The notes: generated by a model from the sequence alone, not told the origin. A DNA stretch of 37,771 bases from a virus (IMGVR_UViG_3300037722_000170:1-37771); one strand, 5' to 3'; counted from the stretch's first letter, positions 5,558 through 15,282 are shown. A program made the numbers and translations.

Positions 5558-7969
5558 TTATATTTCGTATATAATTGTCGCTATCTGTATTCTTTTCCCA
5601 CCACTTGCAGTCCAACTTCCTTGTGAAGGAGAAGGATAAGCGTTAATAATAGATGCTCCAGAAACTATAAGAATGTTTGTTGGTGTTGACAAAGTAGCCC
5701 CATTATCTGTTCCTGTTCCATAAGCTACCCAAGCCATATTAGTCGAGGTTTTAGCTGTGAAAGGAAGTGAAACCGTCAAGTTAGTAGCATTTGAAGTCCC
5801 TACTGTTGCTTGACGAAGTCGTAAATTAATAGTATCCATTACAATTTGATACTTATAAATAGTATTTGTCGGGTCGGCTGAAAATCCAACCAATGTCGGC
5901 ACCCAATCGAGAAACCGTGTTTCATAAATCGGTCTTTGAATTAGGTTTTTATTCGTAAACGTAGGAACAGTCCAAGTATATCCAGCCCCAGCTGATAAAG
6001 TTGCGGCAAAACGCCCAATTAACACATAATCGTCCCCTGCTGCTGCATTACTAATATCTGAAATAGCACAGTAACCATTAGCGGTTGTGGTTGCCGAAAA
6101 GTCATCGTATTCATTAGCATAAGGAATACGAGCAAATCCTATTACTACGCCATCTGTTGCGTTATATCCTAAATAAACAAAATAATCTATCTCTTTAGTA
6201 GCTAACTCATCACTTCCTGCGTTAAACCAATTAGTACCATCATTTTTAGTTACAGAAAGAGCCGCTGTTATTGAACGTATTGTATCCCCAATTCTTACAT
6301 AAACAGGATTGGTTGCTGATGGGTCGTTACCATCCATTCCTTTAATTGCGACAGTGAGGTCATCTCCTGCTACAGAAGGAACGATTTGTCCGTTAAGTAA
6401 AAAGCCGTTAGGAGAGTTTTTAAGTATACTATCCGCTATTGCTTTAGCTGTTGCAAATTTAGCATCATCTGTCCCTGTGTTAATTTCTGCTCCTGTGGCT
6501 TTGACTGGGACAGGAGAGGCGTCCACATACGCTTTAATAGATTGTTGAGAGGCTAGCGCTGTGGCAGAGTCGGATACCATATCGTCCTCGTCTTTAAAGT
6601 CAAACAAATCAGCAGTCCCAGACCCTGTGAAATAAGGAATTTTATTTGCAGCGGATGTAAGACCTGCTAAAGCCGCCAGCTCCGCATCATAAGCTTGTAC
6701 ATCCGTACCTATCTCAAGATTTACAGTAGCTTTAAATGTGGCCTCGTTAGCGTCATCAAGAATGGATCTAGCAAAAGCAGTAAAATCAGCGACACTAGCC
6801 GTACCGGATCCTGTAAAGTATGGTAGTTTATCAGCCGCTGAAGTCAATCCAGCAAGCGCGGCTAGTTCGGCGTCGTAGGCCTGAACGTCTGTGCCTATGG
6901 CCAATCCAATAGCTGTTCTAAAATCACTCGCAGATAAGGCGCTTACCGTATTTCCTGAGTTAATTCTAATAAAAGTAGTGGCTGAAGGATTGCTAAAATT
7001 TATAAGATTTCCGCCAAGCGTGGTAGGTACAAAAGAACTGTCTTTTAATAGCTTTCCTGTTGTGCTATCCCATACGGCTAAAGCGTTATCTGTTGCAGAC
7101 GCTGGTCCGACCACGTCTCCTGCGCCCTCTCCATCCGCTCCTTTATCTCCAACTCTTGCAAACTCAACTGAGATTTCATCATTGTTGGAAAAGGAACCAT
7201 TAGAGGCGATATGAGAAACCGTGACCTTTCTATACCCCGTTCCATCTGTAACCGAGCCTGTTACGCTAAATATTGCAAAATTTTCCTTAGCAGATACTTT
7301 TCTAACAAGAACCAACCCTCTTAAAGCAGAATTAGTGCTGTCATCCCAAATATCAACAAAAGAAGAAACATCTCCACCGTTGCTTTCTAAGTTATCTAAA
7401 AACAGCGAAGTAACGCTTGCAATCGTTGCGTTGTTAAATCTAAGTTTACCAGCCCCCGGATCGCTATCTGTTATTGTGGTGTCGAAACTATAACCAAGTC
7501 CAGCGGATACTCCCGCGTCTCCCTGATCACCTTGGTCTCCTTGAACGCCCTGAATGCCTTGCTCACCTTGATCGCCCTGATCTCCTTGAGGACCCGTAGC
7601 TCCTGTTGAACCGGTAGGACCAGTCGCTCCGGTTGCGCCAGTTGAGCCGGTATCTCCTTTAGAGGCTAATTTATCCCAGTCTGTAGGCGTTCCTGTAGGC
7701 TCTTCTGTAGTTGATGTAGTGTTTACAATCCAAGCTGAGCCATCGTTTGATACGGCTTGGTTTTTAGTATATGTTCCGGCCGACCATGAGTCTTTCCATT
7801 CAATCCCAGAGGATAAAAGCGCCCAATATGAAGCGTTAGGTGGTTCTTGATTAGTGTTGTTTGCAATACAAACATAACTACTACTTAGGTGGTCTACAAT
7901 ATCTCCTATTGTATAGGCAGTTCCCGAATCCCATGCGCCTGTAGCTAATTCTGATAGTAATTTTGTCAT
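5558..7969 (-). CDS. Tail fibre/adhesin with CBM5/12-like modules, collagen segment and shaft repeats
   Basis: [13 protein letters not shown]...P...W motifs, 17 Gly-X-Y triplets and a duplicated 34-aa repeat. Confidence 0.85.
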   Translation of the reverse strand: MTKLLSELATGAWDSGTAYTIGDIVDHLSSSYVCIANNTNQEPPNASYWALLSSGIEWKDSWSAGTYTKNQAVSNDGSAWIVNTTSTTEEPTGTPTDWDKLASKGDTGSTGATGATGPTGSTGATGPQGDQGDQGEQGIQGVQGDQGDQGDAGVSAGLGYSFDTTITDSDPGAGKLRFNNATIASVTSLFLDNLESNGGDVSSFVDIWDDSTNSALRGLVLVRKVSAKENFAIFSVTGSVTDGTGYRKVTVSHIASNGSFSNNDEISVEFARVGDKGADGEGAGDVVGPASATDNALAVWDSTTGKLLKDSSFVPTTLGGNLINFSNPSATTFIRINSGNTVSALSASDFRTAIGLAIGTDVQAYDAELAALAGLTSAADKLPYFTGSGTASVADFTAFARSILDDANEATFKATVNLEIGTDVQAYDAELAALAGLTSAANKIPYFTGSGTADLFDFKDEDDMVSDSATALASQQSIKAYVDASPVPVKATGAEINTGTDDAKFATAKAIADSILKNSPNGFLLNGQIVPSVAGDDLTVAIKGMDGNDPSATNPVYVRIGDTIRSITAALSVTKNDGTNWFNAGSDELATKEIDYFVYLGYNATDGVVIGFARIPYANEYDDFSATTTANGYCAISDISNAAAGDDYVLIGRFAATLSAGAGYTWTVPTFTNKNLIQRPIYETRFLDWVPTLVGFSADPTNTIYKYQIVMDTINLRLRQATVGTSNATNLTVSLPFTAKTSTNMAWVAYGTGTDNGATLSTPTNILIVSGASIINAYPSPSQGSWTASGGKRIQIATIIYEI
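6611..6898 (-). repeat. Duplicated fibre shaft motif, 62-aa period
   Basis: [22 protein letters not shown][D/N]K[L/I]PYFTGSGTA at 6898-6797 and 6712-6611; 32/34 aa identical with many synonymous changes. Confidence 0.9.
7505..7657 (-). repeat. Collagen-like (Gly-X-Y)17 segment
   Basis: [15 protein letters not shown]...GDQGDAGVS. Confidence 0.9.
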
Positions 7970-8005
7970 AAGCGTTGTTTATTTCACAACGCTTAATTTA
8001 TTATA
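7970..8005 (-). promoter_or_regulatory. -10 box plus AAGCGTTGTG leader hairpin (copy 1)
   Basis: TATAAT AAATT AAGCGTTGT-GAAATAA-ACAACGCTT immediately followed by ATG. Confidence 0.75.
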
Positions 8006-8012
8006 GCAAATA

Positions 8013-8240
8013 TTATGGTTCTATTTTTGTTTTTAATGTGAAGCTTCCCGCCTCCTCTTTAGATTTTAAATCCCAATTTATAAAAGCTTCTTGATATAAC
8101 AAGACCTTATCCTCATCTGCTCCAACTAAAATTTGATGACCATCGGGAGTATGTATTTCCTCATCCTCTCCAGACTGCTCGATTTTAGTCCTAAGAGTAG
8201 AAGATCCCTCACTCTCTTTAGATTTTAAATCCCAAGTCAT
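8013..8240 (-). CDS. Small, probably structural protein with terminal repeat
   Basis: WDLKSKE..GS.TL.TKIE occurs at both ends. Confidence 0.65.
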   Translation of the reverse strand: MTWDLKSKESEGSSTLRTKIEQSGEDEEIHTPDGHQILVGADEDKVLLYQEAFINWDLKSKEEAGSFTLKTKIEP

Positions 8241-8242
8241 GG

Positions 8243-8539
8243 TTATTTATAATAACTTATACTTAATTTAGCATCCGATCCCGTTCTTATTGCTTTAAAA
8301 GCGTCTAATGACTCTTTACCATAAAGAGTAAAGATTACATCTGCTTTTGCTTGTGAACCAACAGAGGCTGTTGGAGTAGTCCCATCGTCTGTCCATCTGA
8401 TAGGATTATCCTCCACAACACAAACCGCTCTAACCGATCCCGCAGGAACAGTAAGAGATCGCGCTGTGCCATCTACCGTTAATTGTTGATATCCGTTAGG
8501 CTTAATGCCTACTGGAAATGTACCTACTATATTGCTCAT
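8243..8539 (-). CDS. Putative structural protein, beta-rich
   Basis: AGGAGGTG SD; IRWTDDGTTPTASVG motif; located in the capsid operon. Confidence 0.6.
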   Translation of the reverse strand: MSNIVGTFPVGIKPNGYQQLTVDGTARSLTVPAGSVRAVCVVEDNPIRWTDDGTTPTASVGSQAKADVIFTLYGKESLDAFKAIRTGSDAKLSISYYK

Positions 8540-8573
8540 AATTTATAAACACCTCCTTTTACAAGGTTAAAAA

Positions 8574-8600
8574 TGGAGAGTTTTTAAATAGAACTCTCCA
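8574..8600 (-). terminator. Probable intrinsic terminator/attenuator
   Basis: TGGAGAGTT/AACTCTCCA stem followed by a T-run on the minus strand. Confidence 0.55.
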
Positions 8601-8614
8601 AAAACTATTTACGA

Positions 8615-9631
8615 CTATTGTGTCGTTATCTGTCCGTCGTAAAGCGGCAGATAATATTCCACGGCTCCAACCAACACTTTAAGTGTTGCTACCGGAGTAG
8701 CAAATGTGTTTCCTGTCTGAAACAACTCTCCACTTCCTGCGGTCAATCCTTGAATACTCATCAAGTATCCGTGTTCGTCAAACTCTCCTATTGTAGCTCC
8801 TTGAGCTGACATGTGTATAAAAGAGACTGGCGTTCCTACTCCTGCTGAAGCAAAACTTGCTGGAAGATTAAGCTCCAATTCTAAAGGAGCATAATTTCCT
8901 GTTGAGATAGCAGATCCCGGCATTGTCATTTCAGCTACAAATGCCGAACCCAATCCCGTTACAGCTCCATTAGTCTGGAAATCAACCTCCGCTTTTAGAG
9001 CGTTAGCCCAACCTCCAAGAGCTACGTTAGTTTTCATGTAAGCTCTTACACGTCCACCTACCTGTCCAGCCCCTGTTAATTCAGTACTGAATAATACAGG
9101 CTCGTATGAAGTCCCCGCATCTGTATCGCTTTGTGTGGTGTGAACTACATAAGCTTTATCAGCTTTATCTGTGTGAGCAAGTGGCGAACCTGATGTACCA
9201 AGTGCTAGTTTAAGCTCACCTGCATTGTCAAGAGTTGCGTCTCCGCTTACTGCTACTGAAGCTAAGGTAGTACCGTCTCCAACTAATATTTGAGCATCAG
9301 CTGAAGCGTCTAGTGCTACACCGACTCCGGAAGAGTTACCAACAAGCAAACTACCCTCTGCAAGGGTTATTTCTCCTACCGTAACGTCTCCGACTAAATT
9401 AAATGAAGCCGAAGTAGTAGTACCTTGATTCTCATAAAGAGCTTTTGTACCTGAAGCGGCGTCTGTTTTAATAAACAGCGCACCTTTGGCATAACCTGAT
9501 CCTGTAGGAGCGGTTAAACCACTTGCTCTTAGCACATTACCCTCGTGGTCATATTCAAGGACTCTTACAGAGATATCGTTGATAGTCCTATTGTGTCCTC
9601 CTAATTTAATACTTCGATTAAATACTTTCAT
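8615..9631 (-). CDS. Putative head fibre/decoration protein
   Basis: G/A/S/T-rich; APTGSGYAKGALFIKTD and GSLLVGNSSG/VSGDATLDNAG fibre-like motifs; follows the MCP gene. Confidence 0.55.
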   Translation of the reverse strand: MKVFNRSIKLGGHNRTINDISVRVLEYDHEGNVLRASGLTAPTGSGYAKGALFIKTDAASGTKALYENQGTTTSASFNLVGDVTVGEITLAEGSLLVGNSSGVGVALDASADAQILVGDGTTLASVAVSGDATLDNAGELKLALGTSGSPLAHTDKADKAYVVHTTQSDTDAGTSYEPVLFSTELTGAGQVGGRVRAYMKTNVALGGWANALKAEVDFQTNGAVTGLGSAFVAEMTMPGSAISTGNYAPLELELNLPASFASAGVGTPVSFIHMSAQGATIGEFDEHGYLMSIQGLTAGSGELFQTGNTFATPVATLKVLVGAVEYYLPLYDGQITTQ

Positions 9632-9679
9632 ATGATTGCTTTTTTCACCCCCTTTGTTGTTAAAAAAATTATAATATCT

Positions 9680-9764
9680 ATATTCTTTTGGCGTCCCCGA
9701 AAGGAGAATATCTTTCAGCCTAACATTTCTTACCTAGTAGAGTTGAGTAAGAAACCCTCTACTA
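9680..9764 (-). other. Structured intergenic element (H-type pseudoknot plus second element) 3' of the capsid gene
   Basis: 8-bp stem 9757-9764/9735-9742, whose loop (9747-9754) pairs with 9726-9733. Confidence 0.55.
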
Positions 9765-9776
9765 ACCGGTTCCGTC

Positions 9777-10946
9777 TTAAAAGTTTGAAGCATCCTGTTC
9801 CAAGTTCACAGCAAGGACTTTTCCGTCATCAAACATTTGGCTTCCGACACCGATTATACCTTTTGGTAAATCAGCGAAACCCTTTTCTTTGTCTGCGACT
9901 TTAAGATCCATAAACTGTAAAACTAGGTCGATAGCACCTCTAATCATAAAGGCTGCTTGCTGCTTTTGCGCACTCCAATCATCGGTATTATCCGTTAAAT
10001 CAGACGATACAGAAATGTCTCCAAATCCTGTGAAAGCCATAGCCTCAACACTTGTTGCTGCTATTCTTCTCTTTCTTCGAATAAGGAAGTTCTGCTTCGC
10101 CGTCATCTGAGTGTAGTTTGTTCCGGCAGTACCCGTATCGTTAATACAGGCAGCAAGGTTTGACCTTGATGTTCCAACAGTTGAGCTGTGTCGAAGAACT
10201 CCGACATTACCCGCTGCGACATCCGTTAGATCGTCTTGCCATTCAAACACAACGCCTGAGATAGTAATAGTATCACCATCTGTAGGGTTGGTTGCTATGC
10301 TAAGCGTAGCTGACCAAGGAAGATTGTTGTTTTGTACAACAGTCCATCCCTGCCAAGGACCGACAACTCCGTTCGCGAGAACAGAATCACCAAGTCTTGA
10401 CTCTCTGTCAGATTTTGCCCTTCTTAACTTTGCAACTGTGCGTGGTCCTAAAACCGCAGCACGAAGCATTGTCTCATAAGGAGCATCGAACGCACCAAGC
10501 TTACCCTCAGCTTCTTCCAATATATCAAGTATGTTCACAGCAGAAACCTCTACTGGAGCGCCTGATATACTATGATCCGCGCTGGTAATATTACTTAAAT
10601 ATACTTGCTCAACTCTGTTCATCAATCCTTTTCGAATTGACTCAAGAGAATGAGAAAGTAGATTATAAGGAGTTTGGCTTTGCTCAGTAATGTCGATATC
10701 CTCTGCCGCATATTCGAAAGTATCCACTTCTAGAGTTTGCTTTGTCGCTGTTTTAGTTTCAAAGCTAATATCTGAGTGGGGAGTATAAGTTCCTACTTGC
10801 GGATGAGATAGTATAGGCCTATGAGCCTTATAACCATCTGTTCGGATTATATCTTCAAGAGATTGATTAGCTAGCCATATAGCGCTATTAGCGACGTATA
10901 AGTCAGCTTGCAAATCACCCCAAAATTCTTGTCTTGCGTCATCCAT
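9777..10946 (-). CDS. Major capsid protein (HK97/P22 coat-like) with inserted beta domain
   Basis: 389 aa; follows the scaffold gene; NGVVGPWQGWTVVQNNNLP resembles the conserved coat motif; insertion NPTDGDTITISGVVFEW. Confidence 0.8.
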   Translation of the reverse strand: MDDARQEFWGDLQADLYVANSAIWLANQSLEDIIRTDGYKAHRPILSHPQVGTYTPHSDISFETKTATKQTLEVDTFEYAAEDIDITEQSQTPYNLLSHSLESIRKGLMNRVEQVYLSNITSADHSISGAPVEVSAVNILDILEEAEGKLGAFDAPYETMLRAAVLGPRTVAKLRRAKSDRESRLGDSVLANGVVGPWQGWTVVQNNNLPWSATLSIATNPTDGDTITISGVVFEWQDDLTDVAAGNVGVLRHSSTVGTSRSNLAACINDTGTAGTNYTQMTAKQNFLIRRKRRIAATSVEAMAFTGFGDISVSSDLTDNTDDWSAQKQQAAFMIRGAIDLVLQFMDLKVADKEKGFADLPKGIIGVGSQMFDDGKVLAVNLEQDASNF

Positions 10947-10966
10947 AATTTTTTTCTTAATTATTA

Positions 10967-11074
10967 CTAATTAAGTAATATCACCTCCTTTTTCCAACTT
11001 GATTTAATATCAGTAGGCAAATAAGAAACGTGTCTAGCGTGTTTTTTTGTTCTAACATAAACTTCTTTTAACAT
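10967..11074 (-). CDS. Possible 35-aa basic peptide
   Basis: AAGGA SD, then MLKEVYVRTKKHARHVSY...VILLN*. Confidence 0.3.
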   Translation of the reverse strand: MLKEVYVRTKKHARHVSYLPTDIKSSWKKEVILLN

Positions 11075-11126
11075 AGTAATATCCTTTCAATATAAATATT
11101 AAAAATATAAAGGAAGACTTAGGGGA

Positions 11127-11804
11127 TTATTTTTGAGCCATGTATTTTTCTCTCGCAGCTTTTGCTTCTTTCCATGCTTTAACTCCTTCTTCAGAATTAA
11201 AGTCGAAATCTTTCGGATCCAAAGGCTTAGAGGGATCTATACTTGACTTGTAAGAACCCGTCTTTGATCGCGTAGGTGTTGCGTTTTTTATGCGCGCCTC
11301 CTTTTCTACTGCCTCTTTCCTGTTAAGGATATAAGGTAGTTGCGATGCTTCCCTTATAGAAATCCCTTTAAGTTTAGCAAGCTCTCTGACCTCAGTTTCA
11401 ACTTCTTCTGGAAGATTAAGACTTTGTAGGTCTCTCTCTTCTAGTTTTTCGTTGAGTTTTTGGTCAACTAACTGCTCAACATCAGGGGTTCCCTGATTTT
11501 GGGTATTACCCTCCTCTGGATTAACCTTTGGTTTCTTTGGAAGTTCCGCTCTTTCTCTCCAAGCTATCTTTTGCTTAATAGCGCCTGATAGCTTTTCACG
11601 ATTTAAGCGTTCTTTTTCAACGACTTTGTCAAGTAAATCAGATTGGTCTTCGTCATCAGGGTCAATCCCTAAATCTTCAGCAATCTTTTCTCTTAACTCG
11701 TCGTCCTTAACTTCCTTTAATGCCTCATTCTCAGCATCTTGCTCTTCCTGAGACACTTCTTGAGATTTATTCTCCTCTTCGATCTCTTTTTTATTTTTGT
11801 CCAT
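11127..11804 (-). CDS. Capsid scaffolding protein
   Basis: Highly charged and helical, acidic N-terminus, directly upstream of MCP. Confidence 0.75.
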   Translation of the reverse strand: MDKNKKEIEEENKSQEVSQEEQDAENEALKEVKDDELREKIAEDLGIDPDDEDQSDLLDKVVEKERLNREKLSGAIKQKIAWRERAELPKKPKVNPEEGNTQNQGTPDVEQLVDQKLNEKLEERDLQSLNLPEEVETEVRELAKLKGISIREASQLPYILNRKEAVEKEARIKNATPTRSKTGSYKSSIDPSKPLDPKDFDFNSEEGVKAWKEAKAAREKYMAQK

Positions 11805-11847
11805 AGGACCTTATTTTTTTGCCCATCGGGCTAATTTTTAATAATCT

Positions 11848-11958
11848 CTGACGATGTTATAAGGAGAAGATAAGCGTTGTGACGAATCTTCTCCTGACAA
11901 AACCGTCAGGATCACAACGCTTAAATATAATATATAACAAAAACTAATATAATGTCAA
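11848..11958 (-). promoter_or_regulatory. Promoter plus structured leader (AAGCGTTGTG copy 2) of the scaffold-capsid operon
   Basis: TTGACA-18 nt-TATATT; 12-bp stem 11912-11923/11871-11882 plus crossing stems. Confidence 0.7.
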
Positions 11959-11959
11959 G

Positions 11960-12313
11960 TTATTTTTCAGGATAGAACAGCTTGCCACAATGCGGACAAA
12001 CTATACCGGGCTTAACGTTTTTTGTTTCTACCCTATAGTTCTTATCTCTTTCTGCGTATTCTAATGCCATGTCAAGAAATCTTTTACCGTGCATATCACG
12101 AGTATATCTTCTAACCTCATGGTTATTGTCGTAAATAATGGCGGTATTTATAGCCTCTTGTGTGTTTTCTGGAGATTTAGGAGCAGTAGACTCTTCATCG
12201 TTAGATGGTTGAATTTCGGCGTTTTGAATGGCAATTTTAAGGTCTTTAGCTTTTACGCCTACAAACTTTATTCCAAGTTCTTTTGCTTTTTTTTGTAATT
12301 CCTTATATGACAT
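11960..12313 (-). CDS. Rho-N/SAP-like helix-extension-helix protein with C-terminal CPHCG
   Basis: MSYKELQKKAKELGIKFVGVKAKDL; leaderless start 6 nt after TATAAT. Confidence 0.65.
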   Translation of the reverse strand: MSYKELQKKAKELGIKFVGVKAKDLKIAIQNAEIQPSNDEESTAPKSPENTQEAINTAIIYDNNHEVRRYTRDMHGKRFLDMALEYAERDKNYRVETKNVKPGIVCPHCGKLFYPEK

Positions 12314-12327
12314 AATTTAATTATACA

Positions 12328-12834
12328 CTAATTGGTAATTTTGTCTACCTTTTCCAATTCGTCATCAATCATCGGAAGTATTCCGGTTATTTGATTTGCA
12401 GTTATTCCCTCTGGGATATATTTTGGACTAACCTTATGAATTATAATCTCTACCTCTTGTTTTAAAAACTCTTCGATCTCTTTAAGTTGTTTTGCTCTCT
12501 TATCTATAACTTCTATATGTTTTTTCTTTAAAACATCCCACTCTTTGTTAAATTTTTCTCGATCTTCAATAACATACTCTTGAACTCCGTTTACTACTTT
12601 TGTTTGGGGTTCTCCTTTTACTTTTACAGCGTGTTTTTTTGCAAGCTCCGATCTTTCTTTATCATAGGCTATAAACTCTTCTGTAGGGGCGTGAGCTTTT
12701 TGTAAAGCTTCTATTTCTGGTTTAAGTTGAGAGATATTACGAGCGACACAATATGCAAAAAGCGCTCCTCCTAAATCTCCAACAGCAGCTAGTCCAGAGT
12801 TAAAGTTTATGATTTCGTGTCGTGTAAGTTTCAT
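12328..12834 (-). CDS. Hypothetical helical protein
   Basis: Start reassigned to ATG 12834 (MKLTRHE), downstream of TG-n-TATAAT. Confidence 0.65.
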   Translation of the reverse strand: MKLTRHEIINFNSGLAAVGDLGGALFAYCVARNISQLKPEIEALQKAHAPTEEFIAYDKERSELAKKHAVKVKGEPQTKVVNGVQEYVIEDREKFNKEWDVLKKKHIEVIDKRAKQLKEIEEFLKQEVEIIIHKVSPKYIPEGITANQITGILPMIDDELEKVDKITN

Positions 12835-12860
12835 ATTTAATAAATTATAACATAATTCTA

Positions 12861-13004
12861 TCAAAATCCATACATTTTTTCTACTTTTTTAGCTTTTTCC
12901 ATTCTTTTTCTACGTATTTGTTCTTTTTTCGATGGGTTTTTGGCTTCGTCTACAGCATTTTGTAAAAACCGCCTAATCTGTTCTTTAGTAGATTCGTTTC
13001 CCAT
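12861..13004 (-). CDS. 47-aa basic protein (not in ORF track)
   Basis: MGNESTKEQIRRFLQ...KVEKMYGF*; starts 2 nt after the upstream stop. Confidence 0.55.
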   Translation of the reverse strand: MGNESTKEQIRRFLQNAVDEAKNPSKKEQIRRKRMEKAKKVEKMYGF

Positions 13005-13006
13005 GA

Positions 13007-13270
13007 CTACAGACCAAACTTATCTTTCCTACTTTGGACTTCTTCTTCCGTTGGTTCTTTCTTTTCCGTTAAACCTAAGAAAGGATTTAACATCTCAATA
13101 AGTCTCTCTTTAGTTTTTTCTCTAATCTTAGCCTCTTCTCCCGCCTTATCATTAGAAAGTTTGTCTAATCCAGCTACTGTATCAATATCTTTTATTTGTT
13201 GAATAATATATCCTTGTAGGTCTTGAAAGAAAGGGCTGTCTTTTATTTTCTTTATAAGGTCAGGTGACAT
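13007..13270 (-). CDS. Small head-module protein
   Basis: 87-aa helical protein directly after TerL. Confidence 0.6.
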   Translation of the reverse strand: MSPDLIKKIKDSPFFQDLQGYIIQQIKDIDTVAGLDKLSNDKAGEEAKIREKTKERLIEMLNPFLGLTEKKEPTEEEVQSRKDKFGL

Positions 13271-13279
13271 AGTTTTATT

Positions 13280-14776
13280 TTAACCTAATCCATAGTTCTT
13301 TGCAATTTTACCTTTTCTCTGTTCTCTTTGATGTTTTAATATCGCCTGCTTAAACTCATCAACAGGGGCTTCGGCTATCTCATTTTGCATAGCCGCCGAA
13401 TCAAGAGCGTCATCATTTGCGCCTTTTGGAAAAACTACCATTTCTTTTTCTAAGTCAGTACACTCGCCATCAATATGATAAATCCCCCCGCTTGAGTATC
13501 TAGGAACAAGTCCTCTAATTCTAACTTCTTTTTGTGTTTTGTTATGTTTTAACGGATCTATCGTTGGAAATAGATTTCTTTTAATACACTCGTCTTTAAA
13601 AAACGGCTCAATAGCTTTAAGGTAAACCGTCTCCTCAATACCTATTTTCTCAGCTCCCTCGTTGTGTAGAGTAAAGAGATAGTTCATCAGCTCTTTAGAA
13701 TCAAAATGTACTCTCATTGATTTAAAATTCCACTTGTTTTGCTTATCAACATAATTTCTAGTAATTCCCGTGTAGTCGTTTTCTGCCTCTTTTCCGCCGG
13801 GATCGATTGAAACAAATAAACGAGTGTCTAACGCTTCAACCTCTGTCCACGACCTTGTTTTTATCCATTCAGGCTTAAACTCCTGATTTGCAGATGTAAT
13901 TGGTGATGCCTGATATAAAGATGCGAACTCATAAGGCCCCAAGGTATTTTCAGTTTTTTTTAATTTTTCAATAGGAAACCTTTCAGGCCAAAGAGCCTCA
14001 CCTTTCTTTCTATACGGCTCATCCTCTATCGCTATAGCTGGAAACGTAATAACTGTCCACTTATCAAAATCCTCGACCCCATCAATCTCGTCTTTAGCTT
14101 GTTGTTCTAGTAAACGACCAATCAGATCGTCCATGTGCCATCTTGTGTTAATTATAATAATAGCCGTATTCCCTTTCTGCCTAGTATAAAAGGTAGACCT
14201 ATACCAATCCCATCGGGAATCTCTAATTACTTGAGACTCCGCTTCCTCTCGGTTTTTTATAATATCATCAATTATTCCTATCTTAAAGTTAATTCCCGTA
14301 ATAGCACCACCAGCTCCGGCTGCGGTATAGCCTCCGCCCTCTCCGGTCATCCAATATCCCTTTGCTTTTGTGTCTTCTCTTAGTCTAGTATTAAATATTT
14401 CTTGATATGCAAAAGACTGCATTATATCTCTTGTTTGTTGGCCGAATTTAGTAGCAAGGTCTCCAGAATATGAGCTTACAATAACAGGCCAATCGGGATG
14501 ATGACCAAGCGCCCATGCTGGAAACTTTTTAGTAGCAATTTCTGATTTTCCTACCTGTGGTGGTGTTTGTATAATAATTCTCGCATCTTCTCCTTTTTCT
14601 ACTTTTTCAAGAGCGGTTTGTAGGATAACCGCAACGGTCTCATGAAACCAAGTATCTTGATAGTTAGGATCTGTTGCTATAGCAAAATCAATCAGATTTT
14701 TTTGTGCTTGATGCAGTACCATCGCTTTCTTTTCTTCCTGCGATACGTTCTGCAATTCTGTCAATTTGTTCATCAT
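13280..14776 (-). CDS. terL: Terminase large subunit
   Basis: Walker A PPQVGKS, Walker B IGIIDD, coupling motif NTRWH, nuclease acidic residues IDPG, NDYT and NDDALD. Confidence 0.95.
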   Translation of the reverse strand: MMNKLTELQNVSQEEKKAMVLHQAQKNLIDFAIATDPNYQDTWFHETVAVILQTALEKVEKGEDARIIIQTPPQVGKSEIATKKFPAWALGHHPDWPVIVSSYSGDLATKFGQQTRDIMQSFAYQEIFNTRLREDTKAKGYWMTGEGGGYTAAGAGGAITGINFKIGIIDDIIKNREEAESQVIRDSRWDWYRSTFYTRQKGNTAIIIINTRWHMDDLIGRLLEQQAKDEIDGVEDFDKWTVITFPAIAIEDEPYRKKGEALWPERFPIEKLKKTENTLGPYEFASLYQASPITSANQEFKPEWIKTRSWTEVEALDTRLFVSIDPGGKEAENDYTGITRNYVDKQNKWNFKSMRVHFDSKELMNYLFTLHNEGAEKIGIEETVYLKAIEPFFKDECIKRNLFPTIDPLKHNKTQKEVRIRGLVPRYSSGGIYHIDGECTDLEKEMVVFPKGANDDALDSAAMQNEIAEAPVDEFKQAILKHQREQRKGKIAKNYGLG

Positions 14777-15221
14777 TAAAAGCGTTTATAGGTTTCCCTC
14801 CAGATGTGGCGTCGATATTCTCTCTCATCCCATGATTTGAAGATAGTATAAGTTTAGCTATTGTCGGATTGTAATACCCTGCCAGTCCCATATCAAGCAA
14901 TCTTTTCTTTTGTTCGTTGTTTATCTTTTCTAATACACGAGCAAATTCAGGGATATCTTCAGCCCAATTATATAGGGTTTTATTAGATACTTTTAAAAAA
15001 TCAGCATATCCCTCAATAGTTGGAAGCCTTACCTCAAACTTTGTAGTAAATACCTTTCCACCTTTTTTTGTAGTCTTTTTTACAACAGTAACAAAATCAT
15101 CCTGTCTTGATTTAAGATAATCTTTTAATCTTTTACGCGAGTAAACCTTTTTGTATTTAGAATGAGCCTTACTCATTTTGTCTTTTTGTTCTTGTGATTT
15201 TTTATACACTCCTTTTGGCAT
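14688..15221 (-). CDS. terS: Terminase small subunit (P22 gp3-like)
   Basis: PTIEGYADFLKVSNKTLYNW HTH and IAKLILSSNHGM; overlaps the TerL start. Confidence 0.85.
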   Translation of the reverse strand: MPKGVYKKSQEQKDKMSKAHSKYKKVYSRKRLKDYLKSRQDDFVTVVKKTTKKGGKVFTTKFEVRLPTIEGYADFLKVSNKTLYNWAEDIPEFARVLEKINNEQKKRLLDMGLAGYYNPTIAKLILSSNHGMRENIDATSGGKPINAFNDEQIDRIAERIAGRKESDGTASSTKKSD

Positions 15222-15241
15222 ATTTTTATTATAGCACTATT

Positions 15242-15271
15242 TTGACAAAAACAAGAAAAACTGTGTAAAAT
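15242..15271 (+). promoter_or_regulatory. Plus-strand sigma70 promoter, divergent from the terS promoter
   Basis: TTGACA-18 nt-TAAAAT; a minus-strand TG-n-TATAAT at 15236-15228 serves terS. Confidence 0.7.
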
Positions 15272-15282
15272 GTTAAATAAAT

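Noticed and set aside
5558-7969. Diversity-generating retroelement targeting the fibre
   Set aside because: No reverse transcriptase; the internal duplication differs at synonymous sites, not specifically at adenines.
9725-9782. Programmed frameshift or readthrough extending the capsid at TTT-TAA
   Set aside because: The 0, +1 and -1 frames all hit stops within 17 codons, so there is no fusion with the 338-aa gene.
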